A stretch of DNA of 64,000 nt. It comes from Candidatus Binatia bacterium. GTDB lineage: Bacteria > Desulfobacterota > Binatia > HRBIN30. Shown piece after piece: positions 9,757 to 17,934 of the stretch; position 1 is the stretch's first letter, and each line of letters starts with the position of its first letter. The translations under genes were made by a program, and so were the position numbers. The notes below the pieces were generated by a model that did not search any database, was not told where the DNA came from, and saw only the letters and a program-made list of their open reading frames with translations. The stretch is taken from positions 20,562-84,561 of the forward strand of contig JBBRSP010000025.1 of the NCBI GenBank assembly GCA_038245295.1, read 5' to 3'.

Positions 9757-10290
9757 TCAGCCACCCATGAAGGAAACAAATTTGAAGCGGCCGTGGATTT
9801 CGACGATCGAGCCCGTCACGACCTCGACCTCCGCGCCGCTCGGATCGGTGGCCGTAATGCTCAATTTTTCGTGAGCGACGTAGCCCGCATATTCCTTGAG
9901 ACCTTTGCGGAAGGCCACCGATGTGCGCTTCAGGGTCTGCCCACCCCAGCGCCCCAGCAGATCGGTCAACGAATACCGGCTCTTGGTGTCCAACAACTGC
10001 CAGTAGTAGCGGCTCGTCTTGTCGTCGAACTGGCGCAACGGCTTTCCCTTGCCGGCACTGCCAGGGATGATGATGCGACGATACTCTTGTTCGGTCACCC
10101 GCAGAGCATCGATCCGCTTCCAATCCTTCGCTTCAACGCCGAGGAGGAACTCGTCGACCAGAGCATCGATGGATGAGTAGGCACCCTTGAGCTCGAATGA
10201 GCTCGGCTTTGCGTGAGCCGCGCCCTTGGCGAAAGTCGGCGGCGCGGCAAAGGTGATCAAGAGCAGCGTGGCAACGGCGATACGCAACAT
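9757..10290 (-). CDS. Exported hypothetical protein
   Basis: Signal peptide MLRIAVATLLLITFAAPPTFA; co-oriented within the cluster. Confidence 0.7.
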   Translation of the reverse strand: MLRIAVATLLLITFAAPPTFAKGAAHAKPSSFELKGAYSSIDALVDEFLLGVEAKDWKRIDALRVTEQEYRRIIIPGSAGKGKPLRQFDDKTSRYYWQLLDTKSRYSLTDLLGRWGGQTLKRTSVAFRKGLKEYAGYVAHEKLSITATDPSGAEVEVVTGSIVEIHGRFKFVSFMGG

Positions 10291-10315
10291 GGAATGGATT
10301 CCTTGCAGAAACACA

Positions 10316-10412
10316 CCCGCCTTCGCCCCCGCCGTGACCCTCGCCTGCGTTGATCTGGAATCACGAAGATTCCGGCAACGCAGGCGGAGGCACGGGTGGG
10401 GGCGAAGGCGGG
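10316..10412. other. ~97-nt intergenic imperfect hairpin
   Basis: CCCGCCTTCGCCCCC / GGGGGCGAAGGCGGG outer stem, GCCTGCGTTG / CAACGCAGGC middle stem, GGAATC / GATTCC inner stem. Confidence 0.75.
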
Positions 10413-10431
10413 ATGGGATACAGTAACTCTG

Positions 10432-12402
10432 TTACTGGGTTACGTAGCTGATCCAGCCACCGGGGGTCTGCGTCCAGTCAGTGCCGTTCGGATCGAGAGC
10501 GCCCATGTAGTCGGTGCTGTCGAAGAAGCTCGACATGCTGGCGCCGCAGTCGAATCCGGTGTTCATCATGGCAGCCGGATCGTCGGCCACCAACGAAGCG
10601 TTGGTGGGGACGAAGCTGACCGGCGGCCACGTCGGACCAGCCTGGATTCCCGGGTTGTAGGCCGGGTCGTTGGCCACCGCGTTCTCGAAGACGCGCAGCG
10701 TCGGATCGGCAGTCAGCAGAGCATTCCACTCCACCGAGTTGCAGCCGGCGCCGGTGTTGTTGCCGCCGGTCTTGTTGACCGCGTGTGCAATGCCACTCGC
10801 GCCGTTGTTGTAGAAGAGCGAGTTGCGGATGATCAGGTTCTGGCTGAGGTTACAGTCGCTGAAGCCGCCAGGCTGGCCGGCGTCGGGACAATCAGGGTTG
10901 CCCGTGGTGCAGGCCTGACCGACGTTCGTGCCCGTGGCACACACCTTACCGGTGTCGGAAACCAGCGTGAACGGATTCGCCGGGCTCGTGCAGGCGGCAA
11001 CGCCGTCTGTACGAGGCGTCGCGGGGGCCGTGTTACACGCACCCAAACAGGCGTGAGTCGAGGTTGCCGAGTCACGCAATTGGAGGGCGGACGTCTGCAT
11101 GTTGGTGATGATCGTCTTGGCAATGCGGCCGGCGGTGCCGCGGCGTAGGAACGCGCCGACCCACACGCCACCGGTCGGGTGCGTGCCCTGGCCGCGTGAA
11201 CCGACAACCGTCATGTTGCAGAACTGTGGGACCGACAGGGCGAGATTGTTGAAACCGTTCTCGTTGTTGTCACCCTCGAAGCCGTTGTTGCCCTGCGCAT
11301 CGAGGTTGCCGAGGAACTGCGCCGAAGCACCGTACTGCAGCTTGATGTCGCTGCCGAGTTGCCAGTCGAAGTTGTCGTCACGGTTGGCCGTGGCAACGAA
11401 GTACTTCTCACGGATCGTTCCGCCGAACCACTCGAAGCCGTCGTCGAGACCCATGTGTGCTTGGAGGTAGGTAAACTTGGTCTTGGCACCTAGCGCATTC
11501 TGCGTCAGCACGTTGAGCTCGTTGTCGGGTCCGAGTTCGTTACCGGCGAACTCGATGCGCGTGTAGCGCATGAGGCCGCTGGTGTCGTCGCAATTGGCCG
11601 TACCGCCGGCGGGGCCGCCGGTGGCCGGGCTGCATTGCACGCCACCGCCGAAGAGGACGCCATTGAGACCTTCCGAGGTTGCCTGACCGCCGGTCACGTT
11701 GACGCGCGAACAGCCTTGGAAGGACAGACCGCCCCAGTCGCCTGAGCTGCGCGATCCGACCGGCTGGTCACTGGTGAAAACGATCGGTTGGGTCGGCGTT
11801 CCGGACGCGTTGATACGTGCCGAGAACCCGGCGCCGGGGCTCGCGCAGTTGGCGGCTGAGCGGAAGACCAGCGCCGACGGGGTGAGAGCACCCTGCACGC
11901 CCTTGACGACGGCGCCAGGACGCACCGTCAGAACAACGCCCGGCGAGACGAAAACTGTTCCGCGGACGAAGTATTCGCAGTTCGAAAGGACGCGATTCGA
12001 AGTGATGTCGCCGTCGGCGGCGTCGAGGACGCTACCGCACGGCACGGTCGGGCCCTGCGAGGCACAGATCGGCACAACGTTTTTGCCAGGACCGCCGCCG
12101 AGGAGCGGGATTTCGTTGATCAGGAGAATGGCGTCGGCCGTGGTGATCGCGCCGTCTTGGTTCAGGTCGCCACAGTTGAGAATGCCAAGGCCGCCGCACA
12201 AGGGGTTGCAGACGGTGGGGTTGGGGTTCGCGGCCGGGCTCGTGCGCGTCCCGTTGCAGGCGAGGATGGCGCCGACGTCTGCCGTCGTTACCGTGCTGCT
12301 GCCGTTGACGTCGCCGTTGGTACACGCGGCGTGGCCTTTCGCGGCAAAACCGAAGATGCATGCCGCCGCCAAGGCGGACCACATCTGATGTCGAAGCTTC
12401 AT
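10432..12402 (-). CDS. Secreted protein: N-terminal dockerin-like domain plus beta-helix-like domain of the TBDR-associated family (GDWGGL...DDGFEWFGG)
   Basis: Signal peptide; GDVNGSSTVTTAD / GDLNQDGAITTAD; PIVFTS, GDWGGL, EFAG...NELN, DDGFEWFGGT, DDNFDW, GFEGDNN; AAGGAG RBS. Confidence 0.8.
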   Translation of the reverse strand: MKLRHQMWSALAAACIFGFAAKGHAACTNGDVNGSSTVTTADVGAILACNGTRTSPAANPNPTVCNPLCGGLGILNCGDLNQDGAITTADAILLINEIPLLGGGPGKNVVPICASQGPTVPCGSVLDAADGDITSNRVLSNCEYFVRGTVFVSPGVVLTVRPGAVVKGVQGALTPSALVFRSAANCASPGAGFSARINASGTPTQPIVFTSDQPVGSRSSGDWGGLSFQGCSRVNVTGGQATSEGLNGVLFGGGVQCSPATGGPAGGTANCDDTSGLMRYTRIEFAGNELGPDNELNVLTQNALGAKTKFTYLQAHMGLDDGFEWFGGTIREKYFVATANRDDNFDWQLGSDIKLQYGASAQFLGNLDAQGNNGFEGDNNENGFNNLALSVPQFCNMTVVGSRGQGTHPTGGVWVGAFLRRGTAGRIAKTIITNMQTSALQLRDSATSTHACLGACNTAPATPRTDGVAACTSPANPFTLVSDTGKVCATGTNVGQACTTGNPDCPDAGQPGGFSDCNLSQNLIIRNSLFYNNGASGIAHAVNKTGGNNTGAGCNSVEWNALLTADPTLRVFENAVANDPAYNPGIQAGPTWPPVSFVPTNASLVADDPAAMMNTGFDCGASMSSFFDSTDYMGALDPNGTDWTQTPGGWISYVTQ

Positions 12403-12452
12403 GCTTGTTCTCCTTCTGACTGGGTTTGTGTCGACCAGACTGTGGTCCAGCA

Positions 12453-14051
12453 TTACGGTTCGGTAACGTTGATGCTGCAAGTTACGCCGTCGACTTCGTT
12501 GGCGAACTCGTCGAGCGCCGACAGAACCGTGCACGTCGTACGGCTCGACTGCGTGACGCAGTCTTCACCCGGAGGGCAGGCCGCATCGCCGGGCTCGCCG
12601 CACTCTTGCCACTGGCTGACGCTACAGACGTCGTGGCGCGGTACGCATTCTTCGCTCTGCGTGCAAACACCACCCTCGCCGGGTCCAGTACAGTCGGCAT
12701 TCACGCTACAGGCGCTGTTGTCGCCCACGCAGTGCTTCGGCGCACACGTCGGGCAGACACACTTCTGGAGGAGGCCGGGAAGTGGCCCCGAGGCCGGGCA
12801 TTGCGAATCCAGCGTGCAGAAAGAGTTTGCGCTGTTGGCTGTACCGCCCTCAGAGAGCTGCAAGCAGCGCTGGGCGCACTGCGAAGCAACGGTACAAGCC
12901 TGACTGGTGGTGACGCTGCACGTCGACATCGCCAGGGGCTGGCAGGTGTCGAGCTTCAGCTGGAACAGCGCGCCACTGGTGAAGGGCGGCGAGAAGGCAA
13001 GATTGACGTCCGTGTGTCCGTCCTTGTCGTTGGCGTTAACGAAGGCGCCGCCCGGCGTCATGACAACGGCCGATTGCACGGCCGGGTCAACACCGTTCTC
13101 AGGCACACCCGACTGGAACTTCGGGTAGTTGACGCGGACGTCGACACCGCCGAGTTGGACCGGCGAGCTCAACGTAACCGCAACCGTACGTGCCGCCGGG
13201 GTCGCCGACGCGCCGCAATCCTTTGCCGGATAGACCGACAGAGCCAGGTTCTTCGCGTTCGCGAGGGCCGCTTCGGTTACGCAAGTCGGCAACGTGTCGC
13301 ACGAACCGACGGCCGCGCCATTGGGGTAGCCGGTGATCAGGTTGGGCGCCGTGCCGCACTTGGCGGTGATCAGGGTCTGGGCCGCCGTCTTGGTACTCTG
13401 CACGGTGGGCGCGGTGTCAACCAGACAATCGGTGGGCGTCCGCTCCAAACCATGGAAGTCCGCCAAAGTCGCCGCTGTATCCGCTGTCTTCTGGCAGCTC
13501 GTGGCCGCCTTGAGCATCGCATTGGTGACATTCTGACGCGCCTTGGAGATGGCCTTGAGGCAATTGATGGCGACCTTGTCGCCATTGAGATCTTTACCGC
13601 CGAGCGCGAAGTGGGCGCTGGTGTTCAACACCTCATTGATGTTGTCGTACGTCTCCGACGTCTGACCACTCGGATAGTTGTCGAGGGTCTCCGCCGTGGA
13701 GGCAGCGGCGCACTTTGGCGCCGGTCCGGATACCAGCTTCACATCCGTGAGGTTTTGCGACTTGTCGTACTTGCCCCCGTCAATGATGCTGAAGGGGAAA
13801 GTGCCGACGCCATTGCATATGTCGCTCTCGACCGACACCTTGTTTGCCAGCGTGTGGCACTTGTCCTGGCTCGTCATGCCCGTTTTGACGACCCGCGACA
13901 GCTCCAAGCCGACGCTATTGCGGCAGCTTTTGTTAAGGTTGAGATCCTGCGCCAGCACTGGCCTTGTCGAGCCAACCGCCAACGCAAGCATGGATGCGGC
14001 GGCTACCGCAAAGCGGCTGCCGACTGCCCCCATCGTTTGCTTATCTCCCAT
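12453..14051 (-). CDS. Secreted Cys-rich protein with a C-terminal cohesin-like domain split by a Cys-rich insertion
   Basis: Signal peptide; AAAGGAG RBS; TVAVTL...VNYP...P...G...LKLDTC [insert] CTVLSALD...DGVTCSI. Confidence 0.75.
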   Translation of the reverse strand: MGDKQTMGAVGSRFAVAAASMLALAVGSTRPVLAQDLNLNKSCRNSVGLELSRVVKTGMTSQDKCHTLANKVSVESDICNGVGTFPFSIIDGGKYDKSQNLTDVKLVSGPAPKCAAASTAETLDNYPSGQTSETYDNINEVLNTSAHFALGGKDLNGDKVAINCLKAISKARQNVTNAMLKAATSCQKTADTAATLADFHGLERTPTDCLVDTAPTVQSTKTAAQTLITAKCGTAPNLITGYPNGAAVGSCDTLPTCVTEAALANAKNLALSVYPAKDCGASATPAARTVAVTLSSPVQLGGVDVRVNYPKFQSGVPENGVDPAVQSAVVMTPGGAFVNANDKDGHTDVNLAFSPPFTSGALFQLKLDTCQPLAMSTCSVTTSQACTVASQCAQRCLQLSEGGTANSANSFCTLDSQCPASGPLPGLLQKCVCPTCAPKHCVGDNSACSVNADCTGPGEGGVCTQSEECVPRHDVCSVSQWQECGEPGDAACPPGEDCVTQSSRTTCTVLSALDEFANEVDGVTCSINVTEP

Positions 14052-14093
14052 TCTGTTGCTCCTTTCAGTCTGCGGAAAAGTGTGTGGTGCCGC

Positions 14094-14149
14094 ATGATAC
14101 GCGGCGCGTGTGACCGGGTGATGGACGCAATGCGACGATTCGATGAACT
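14094..14149 (-). promoter_or_regulatory. Pho-box-like array plus -10 element at the head of the surface-protein operon
   Basis: Minus strand TTCAT-n6-GTCGC-n6-TCCAT-n6-GTCAC, then 10 nt, then TATCAT. Confidence 0.62.
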
Positions 14150-14369
14150 GCGACACTGAACCGCCCCGGACGACGGCCCGGGACCCGCTGTCATATTCAT
14201 GGAGCCGGCAGAATCTCGCGCCGTGGACGGTTGTTGTTGGCGGCGGAGCCGGTCGTTACGTTATGCGAGGTTGATGTTCACAGAAATTTCACCCGCGACG
14301 GCAACGCAACCAGCTAGTTCTCGTCGCGCTGCGGCAACGCCGGGGCAAAAATATGGAGGATGCGCAAGA

Positions 14370-14735
14370 ATGACCGACTCAGCAGCACCGCGATTATTTC
14401 GCCATGCCACCGATGTGGAAGTGTTTTCGCCGGGACAAGTGGTGTTTCACGATGGCGACCAGGGCGATGCAATGTACGGCATCAAAGAGGGAACTCTCGA
14501 AGTCCTTGTTCACGATCAGGTCGTCGATACGGTGGGTCCGGGCGGGTTCGTTGGCGAAATGGCGCTGCTCGAGCACGCGCCACGTAGCGCCACGGTCGTG
14601 GCGAAAACGGACTGTCAATTGGTGAAGATCGACGAGAAGCGCTTCCTCTTCATGGTACAGCAGACCCCATTCTTCGCGCTCGAGATGCTCCGCGTGTTGG
14701 CGCGGCGTCTGCGGGCGACGAACGAGCGTGTCTGA
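14370..14735 (+). CDS. Stand-alone cyclic-nucleotide-binding domain protein
   Basis: VFHDGDQGDAMY, GFVGEMALLEHAPRSATVVA; GGAGGA RBS. Confidence 0.9.
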   Translation: MTDSAAPRLFRHATDVEVFSPGQVVFHDGDQGDAMYGIKEGTLEVLVHDQVVDTVGPGGFVGEMALLEHAPRSATVVAKTDCQLVKIDEKRFLFMVQQTPFFALEMLRVLARRLRATNERV

Positions 14736-14782
14736 AGCCGCGACCGGCGAAGCCCTGCCGAGCCCCACACTGGGCGCCGCGA

Positions 14783-15688
14783 TCAGCGCGGCGCCGTGCA
14801 GCCGCTCAGGGCGATGTTCACCGCGCTGATGATGTCCGTGATATCGATGTCTCCCGAAGCGTCCACATCACCGGCCACACAGGTCGAGTAGGCCCCCTCC
14901 CCAAGCGCGACGCGCACCAGCTTGATCAATTCATCGATCGTGACCTGACCGCTCCCATCACAATCGCCGGCGCAGACTCGAGGAGTCGGCGTGGCTGTCG
15001 CGGTTGCTGCCAATGTCGGCGTCGCCGTGGATTTCACCGACGGTGTCGGCGTCGCGGTCGGTGTCTCGGACGGCGACGCGATCGATGTCTCCGTTGGTGT
15101 CTCCGTCGGTGCGGCTTCGGCCGGGATCACCTGAACCTCGAACGTGGTGCTGGCCGCCTTATCACCGATGATGCTGCCGGTGTGGTTGGTGCTATTGCCG
15201 GCGCCGTAGAGAATGTACGTCCCCGTTGCCGCAGGGGCCTGCCAGGTGAAGTTCCAAGCAGCAACGCCATTCGCGTCGTTCAGCTTGCCCCCCGGCTGGC
15301 CGTGCGGCGGCGGCGCGTGCGTCAGCTCGCCATCGATCAGGATTTCCTGCTCGCCCTCGATCGTTACCAACTCGCCACCATCAGCAGAGACATCGAGCCC
15401 CGCCGCTACCTGCGTGGCCGGTGCCTGCGACTGGACGACAAAGCGAAACGTAGCCGTCGCCCCGGCCACTACGTGCTCGGGGCCTTCGAAAGACACGAGC
15501 GGAGCGACGGTGGTGGGACGGTAGACATTGTGACACGCCGTGCAGATCGCACCTTCGCCGACTGTAGCGGCGTTGCCGGAGTAGCCGGCAATCCCTTCCG
15601 CAAAGGCAAACGCGCCGGTCGGTCGAATCAGCAATCCCACCAGAGCGAGCACGCCGGAAAGACAAACAAGACCAGCTCGCGAGCACAT
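14783..15688 (-). CDS. Secreted Reeler-like protein with CxxCH motif and C-terminal dockerin-like domain
   Basis: CTACH; ELTH...WNFTWQAP...LYGAGNSTN; CAGDCDGSGQVTIDEL / GDVDASGDIDITD. Confidence 0.72.
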   Translation of the reverse strand: MCSRAGLVCLSGVLALVGLLIRPTGAFAFAEGIAGYSGNAATVGEGAICTACHNVYRPTTVAPLVSFEGPEHVVAGATATFRFVVQSQAPATQVAAGLDVSADGGELVTIEGEQEILIDGELTHAPPPHGQPGGKLNDANGVAAWNFTWQAPAATGTYILYGAGNSTNHTGSIIGDKAASTTFEVQVIPAEAAPTETPTETSIASPSETPTATPTPSVKSTATPTLAATATATPTPRVCAGDCDGSGQVTIDELIKLVRVALGEGAYSTCVAGDVDASGDIDITDIISAVNIALSGCTAPR

Positions 15689-15838
15689 ACAGAAACCTCC
15701 GTCCCCCCGGACGCGCGGGTCTGCTTAGGGCTTGCCTGCTGGTTGGTCAAAAGAAGACTTCACGACAGCGCGATGACGGGACCAAGTCACCGTATCGCAA
15801 TCAGCGTATTGCCGGCTGGCGGGTCGTGGATCCCATCG

Positions 15839-15867
15839 CGGAGGGCGCCACGGAGTGGCGCCCTCCG
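15839..15867. repeat. Perfect 13-bp hairpin, REP-like; related copy at 54897-54921
   Basis: CGGAGGGCGCCAC-GGA-GTGGCGCCCTCCG. Confidence 0.7.
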
Positions 15868-15906
15868 ATTGGAGACCTCGGCGAGCGTGGATGCCGAATT
15901 GAAAAA

Positions 15907-17622
15907 CTACCGTCTCGAACCCGGACACGATGGATTCACCACCGGCAAGGACCCACCGTTGATGCGCACCGCGCCGAAGGTGCTGCCCTCGAGGCGAATC
16001 TGATCGGCAACGCTGCTGCCGAGTACCTGCGCGAAGCCGGTGGCGTAGCCGCAGAAGCCGTCGGCCGAAGTGGCTTTGCCGATAAGATGGAACTCGCCGA
16101 GTTGCAGGAACGGATCGTCGAGCAACGGGAACGACGGGCCTGGCACCGGCTGCATGCCAAGGCTGGCATCGAAGCTACCGTCGGCCGCAACAACGACATT
16201 GGGCGCCGACCATGCCGTTCCGACGGGCTCCTTCGTCATCGCGTCGAGCGGCTGCAGGGAGAGATCCAGAGTCGCTCCATTCAATGCGACACTGGCGCGC
16301 AGGTACAATGACTGCGCCGGCCAGATCACCGGCGCCAAGACCAGATAGTGCTCGCCAGAAATTGCAAAGTTCGCATTGCCCGGCGGCAATGGTGGTGGGA
16401 TACAGGCGCGCTTCGCGGGCGGATGCGTGCAGGTGGTGGGTGCTTGATCAAAGTCGATTGTCGCCAGCCAGATGTCGCTTGGCGTGAACTGCCCCTCCAA
16501 CCAAGGGATATCACGGTCGACGTGACTGCTGTACCACGACAACAGAGATGTGCTGGCGCTGAGCGGCACAACCGCGGTGTACGCGGTGTCTCCCGAGCTC
16601 TTGAGGTCCTCGATCTCACACACTTCGATCGGCGCCGCCGGATCGCTGAGATCGCCGCGCAGTTCGTACGCCGTCGTGCGCTTGTACGTACACGGCAGAT
16701 GTTTGCGGGCGAAGACGAAACTGCGCGTCTGCGTACCGTTGGGACGCAGCACCCACGTCGGACCGTCCAGTCGTGCTTCGATGCGCCGGCCGCACTCCCA
16801 CGTGGTGAACGGCTCGTGCGCCGTGCAGATGGCGGTCTGCCCATCGGCGATGATGTCTTGATTGTCGAGGCGCACCAGCGACACGGCGATCTCGCTATTG
16901 GCACCGAAGAACTGCAACTCCGCTTCACTCGGAACATCGCGCGGCGAGCTGATGATGACGCTGCGCTTCTGCCACGTTACGCCGTCGTCGGAGGCGAAAA
17001 ACCCGACCTTGCTGTCGCCGTCATTGTAGCCCGTCGCAAACACCGTCGTGCGGGGGATGCCGCCATCACTGTAGGTGCGTTTGGTGAAGCGCCAGAAGCC
17101 CCAATAGGTCTCGTTGCCACCGGCGGTAACGTCGGTGAATGTCTTCTCGGGCAACGACCACGTGTGGCCGCCGTCCGTCGACTCGGCGCGCACCGTCCAC
17201 GCCTCGCCGAAGAGATCGCGGTAATGCGCCCCCGGAACACGACTGATGCAATAGAGGAAGAGCCGGCCACCCATCTCCACCAGTTTCGGATCGCGGATGT
17301 CACGCCCGCCCGGCAGCATGCTGCCGCTCACTTCGCTGATCTTGGTGAACGACTTGCCGTTGTCCGTCGATTCGAAGACGTTGATGTGAGCCCGCGCCGA
17401 ACCGGTCTGACCCGTCTCGCCGCCGCGGAAGACGAGCAGAATGCGCTCGCCGAGCTTGATCATCTCGGTATTCTCGCTGTGTAAGCCGTCGGAGTAGACA
17501 ATGCGCTGTTTGCTGACAAAGCCCGTCGCAGCGGCGCTGCCGCCTGGGCTTTCACCGTCGTCACCACACCCCGCGGCCACGAGCACTGCACACAAGAACA
17601 AAAGCAGTTGTACGCGTGTCAT
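15907..17622 (-). CDS. Lipoprotein with BNR/Asp-box beta-propeller (sialidase-like fold)
   Basis: Lipobox VAAGC; Asp-boxes STDNGKSF, STDGGHTW, SDDGVTW; DIRDPKL. Confidence 0.75.
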   Translation of the reverse strand: MTRVQLLLFLCAVLVAAGCGDDGESPGGSAAATGFVSKQRIVYSDGLHSENTEMIKLGERILLVFRGGETGQTGSARAHINVFESTDNGKSFTKISEVSGSMLPGGRDIRDPKLVEMGGRLFLYCISRVPGAHYRDLFGEAWTVRAESTDGGHTWSLPEKTFTDVTAGGNETYWGFWRFTKRTYSDGGIPRTTVFATGYNDGDSKVGFFASDDGVTWQKRSVIISSPRDVPSEAELQFFGANSEIAVSLVRLDNQDIIADGQTAICTAHEPFTTWECGRRIEARLDGPTWVLRPNGTQTRSFVFARKHLPCTYKRTTAYELRGDLSDPAAPIEVCEIEDLKSSGDTAYTAVVPLSASTSLLSWYSSHVDRDIPWLEGQFTPSDIWLATIDFDQAPTTCTHPPAKRACIPPPLPPGNANFAISGEHYLVLAPVIWPAQSLYLRASVALNGATLDLSLQPLDAMTKEPVGTAWSAPNVVVAADGSFDASLGMQPVPGPSFPLLDDPFLQLGEFHLIGKATSADGFCGYATGFAQVLGSSVADQIRLEGSTFGAVRINGGSLPVVNPSCPGSRR

Positions 17623-17677
17623 TGTGGATCCTCAGAGACCACAGCGGCAGGGTGACTTCCAGATCGCCGAACGACCT

Positions 17678-17884
17678 TCAGAGCAGGGTGAGTCCCCGGT
17701 CGGTCAACCAGTACTCGCCGTCCGCGAGCCGTGCCAGGATGCCCTTTTTCACCAGGGCTCGGGTGGCTACCAAACGTTCTTCCGTGTGGAGAAGTGCCCC
17801 GGCGATCTGCTGGAATCGGACCTGTGGAACGAAAGCTTGATCGAAGATGCGCAGGATCGCGCGTTCCTGGGCCGTGAGAACCAT
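17678..17884 (-). CDS. Small hypothetical protein (winged-helix-like)
   Basis: MVLTAQERAILRIF...LVKKGIL...YWLTDRG; GGGAG RBS; fills the intergenic gap. Confidence 0.55.
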   Translation of the reverse strand: MVLTAQERAILRIFDQAFVPQVRFQQIAGALLHTEERLVATRALVKKGILARLADGEYWLTDRGLTLL

Positions 17885-17934
17885 CGAACCACTCCCCTTC
17901 CAGCGACGCGAGTCGGCCTTGCTTCGTCTAAAAA

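Noticed and set aside
9575..10123. 183-aa N-terminal extension of the TBDR in the ORF track
   Set aside because: Overlaps the 9757-10290 gene and the promoter; signal peptide and RBS support ATG 9574
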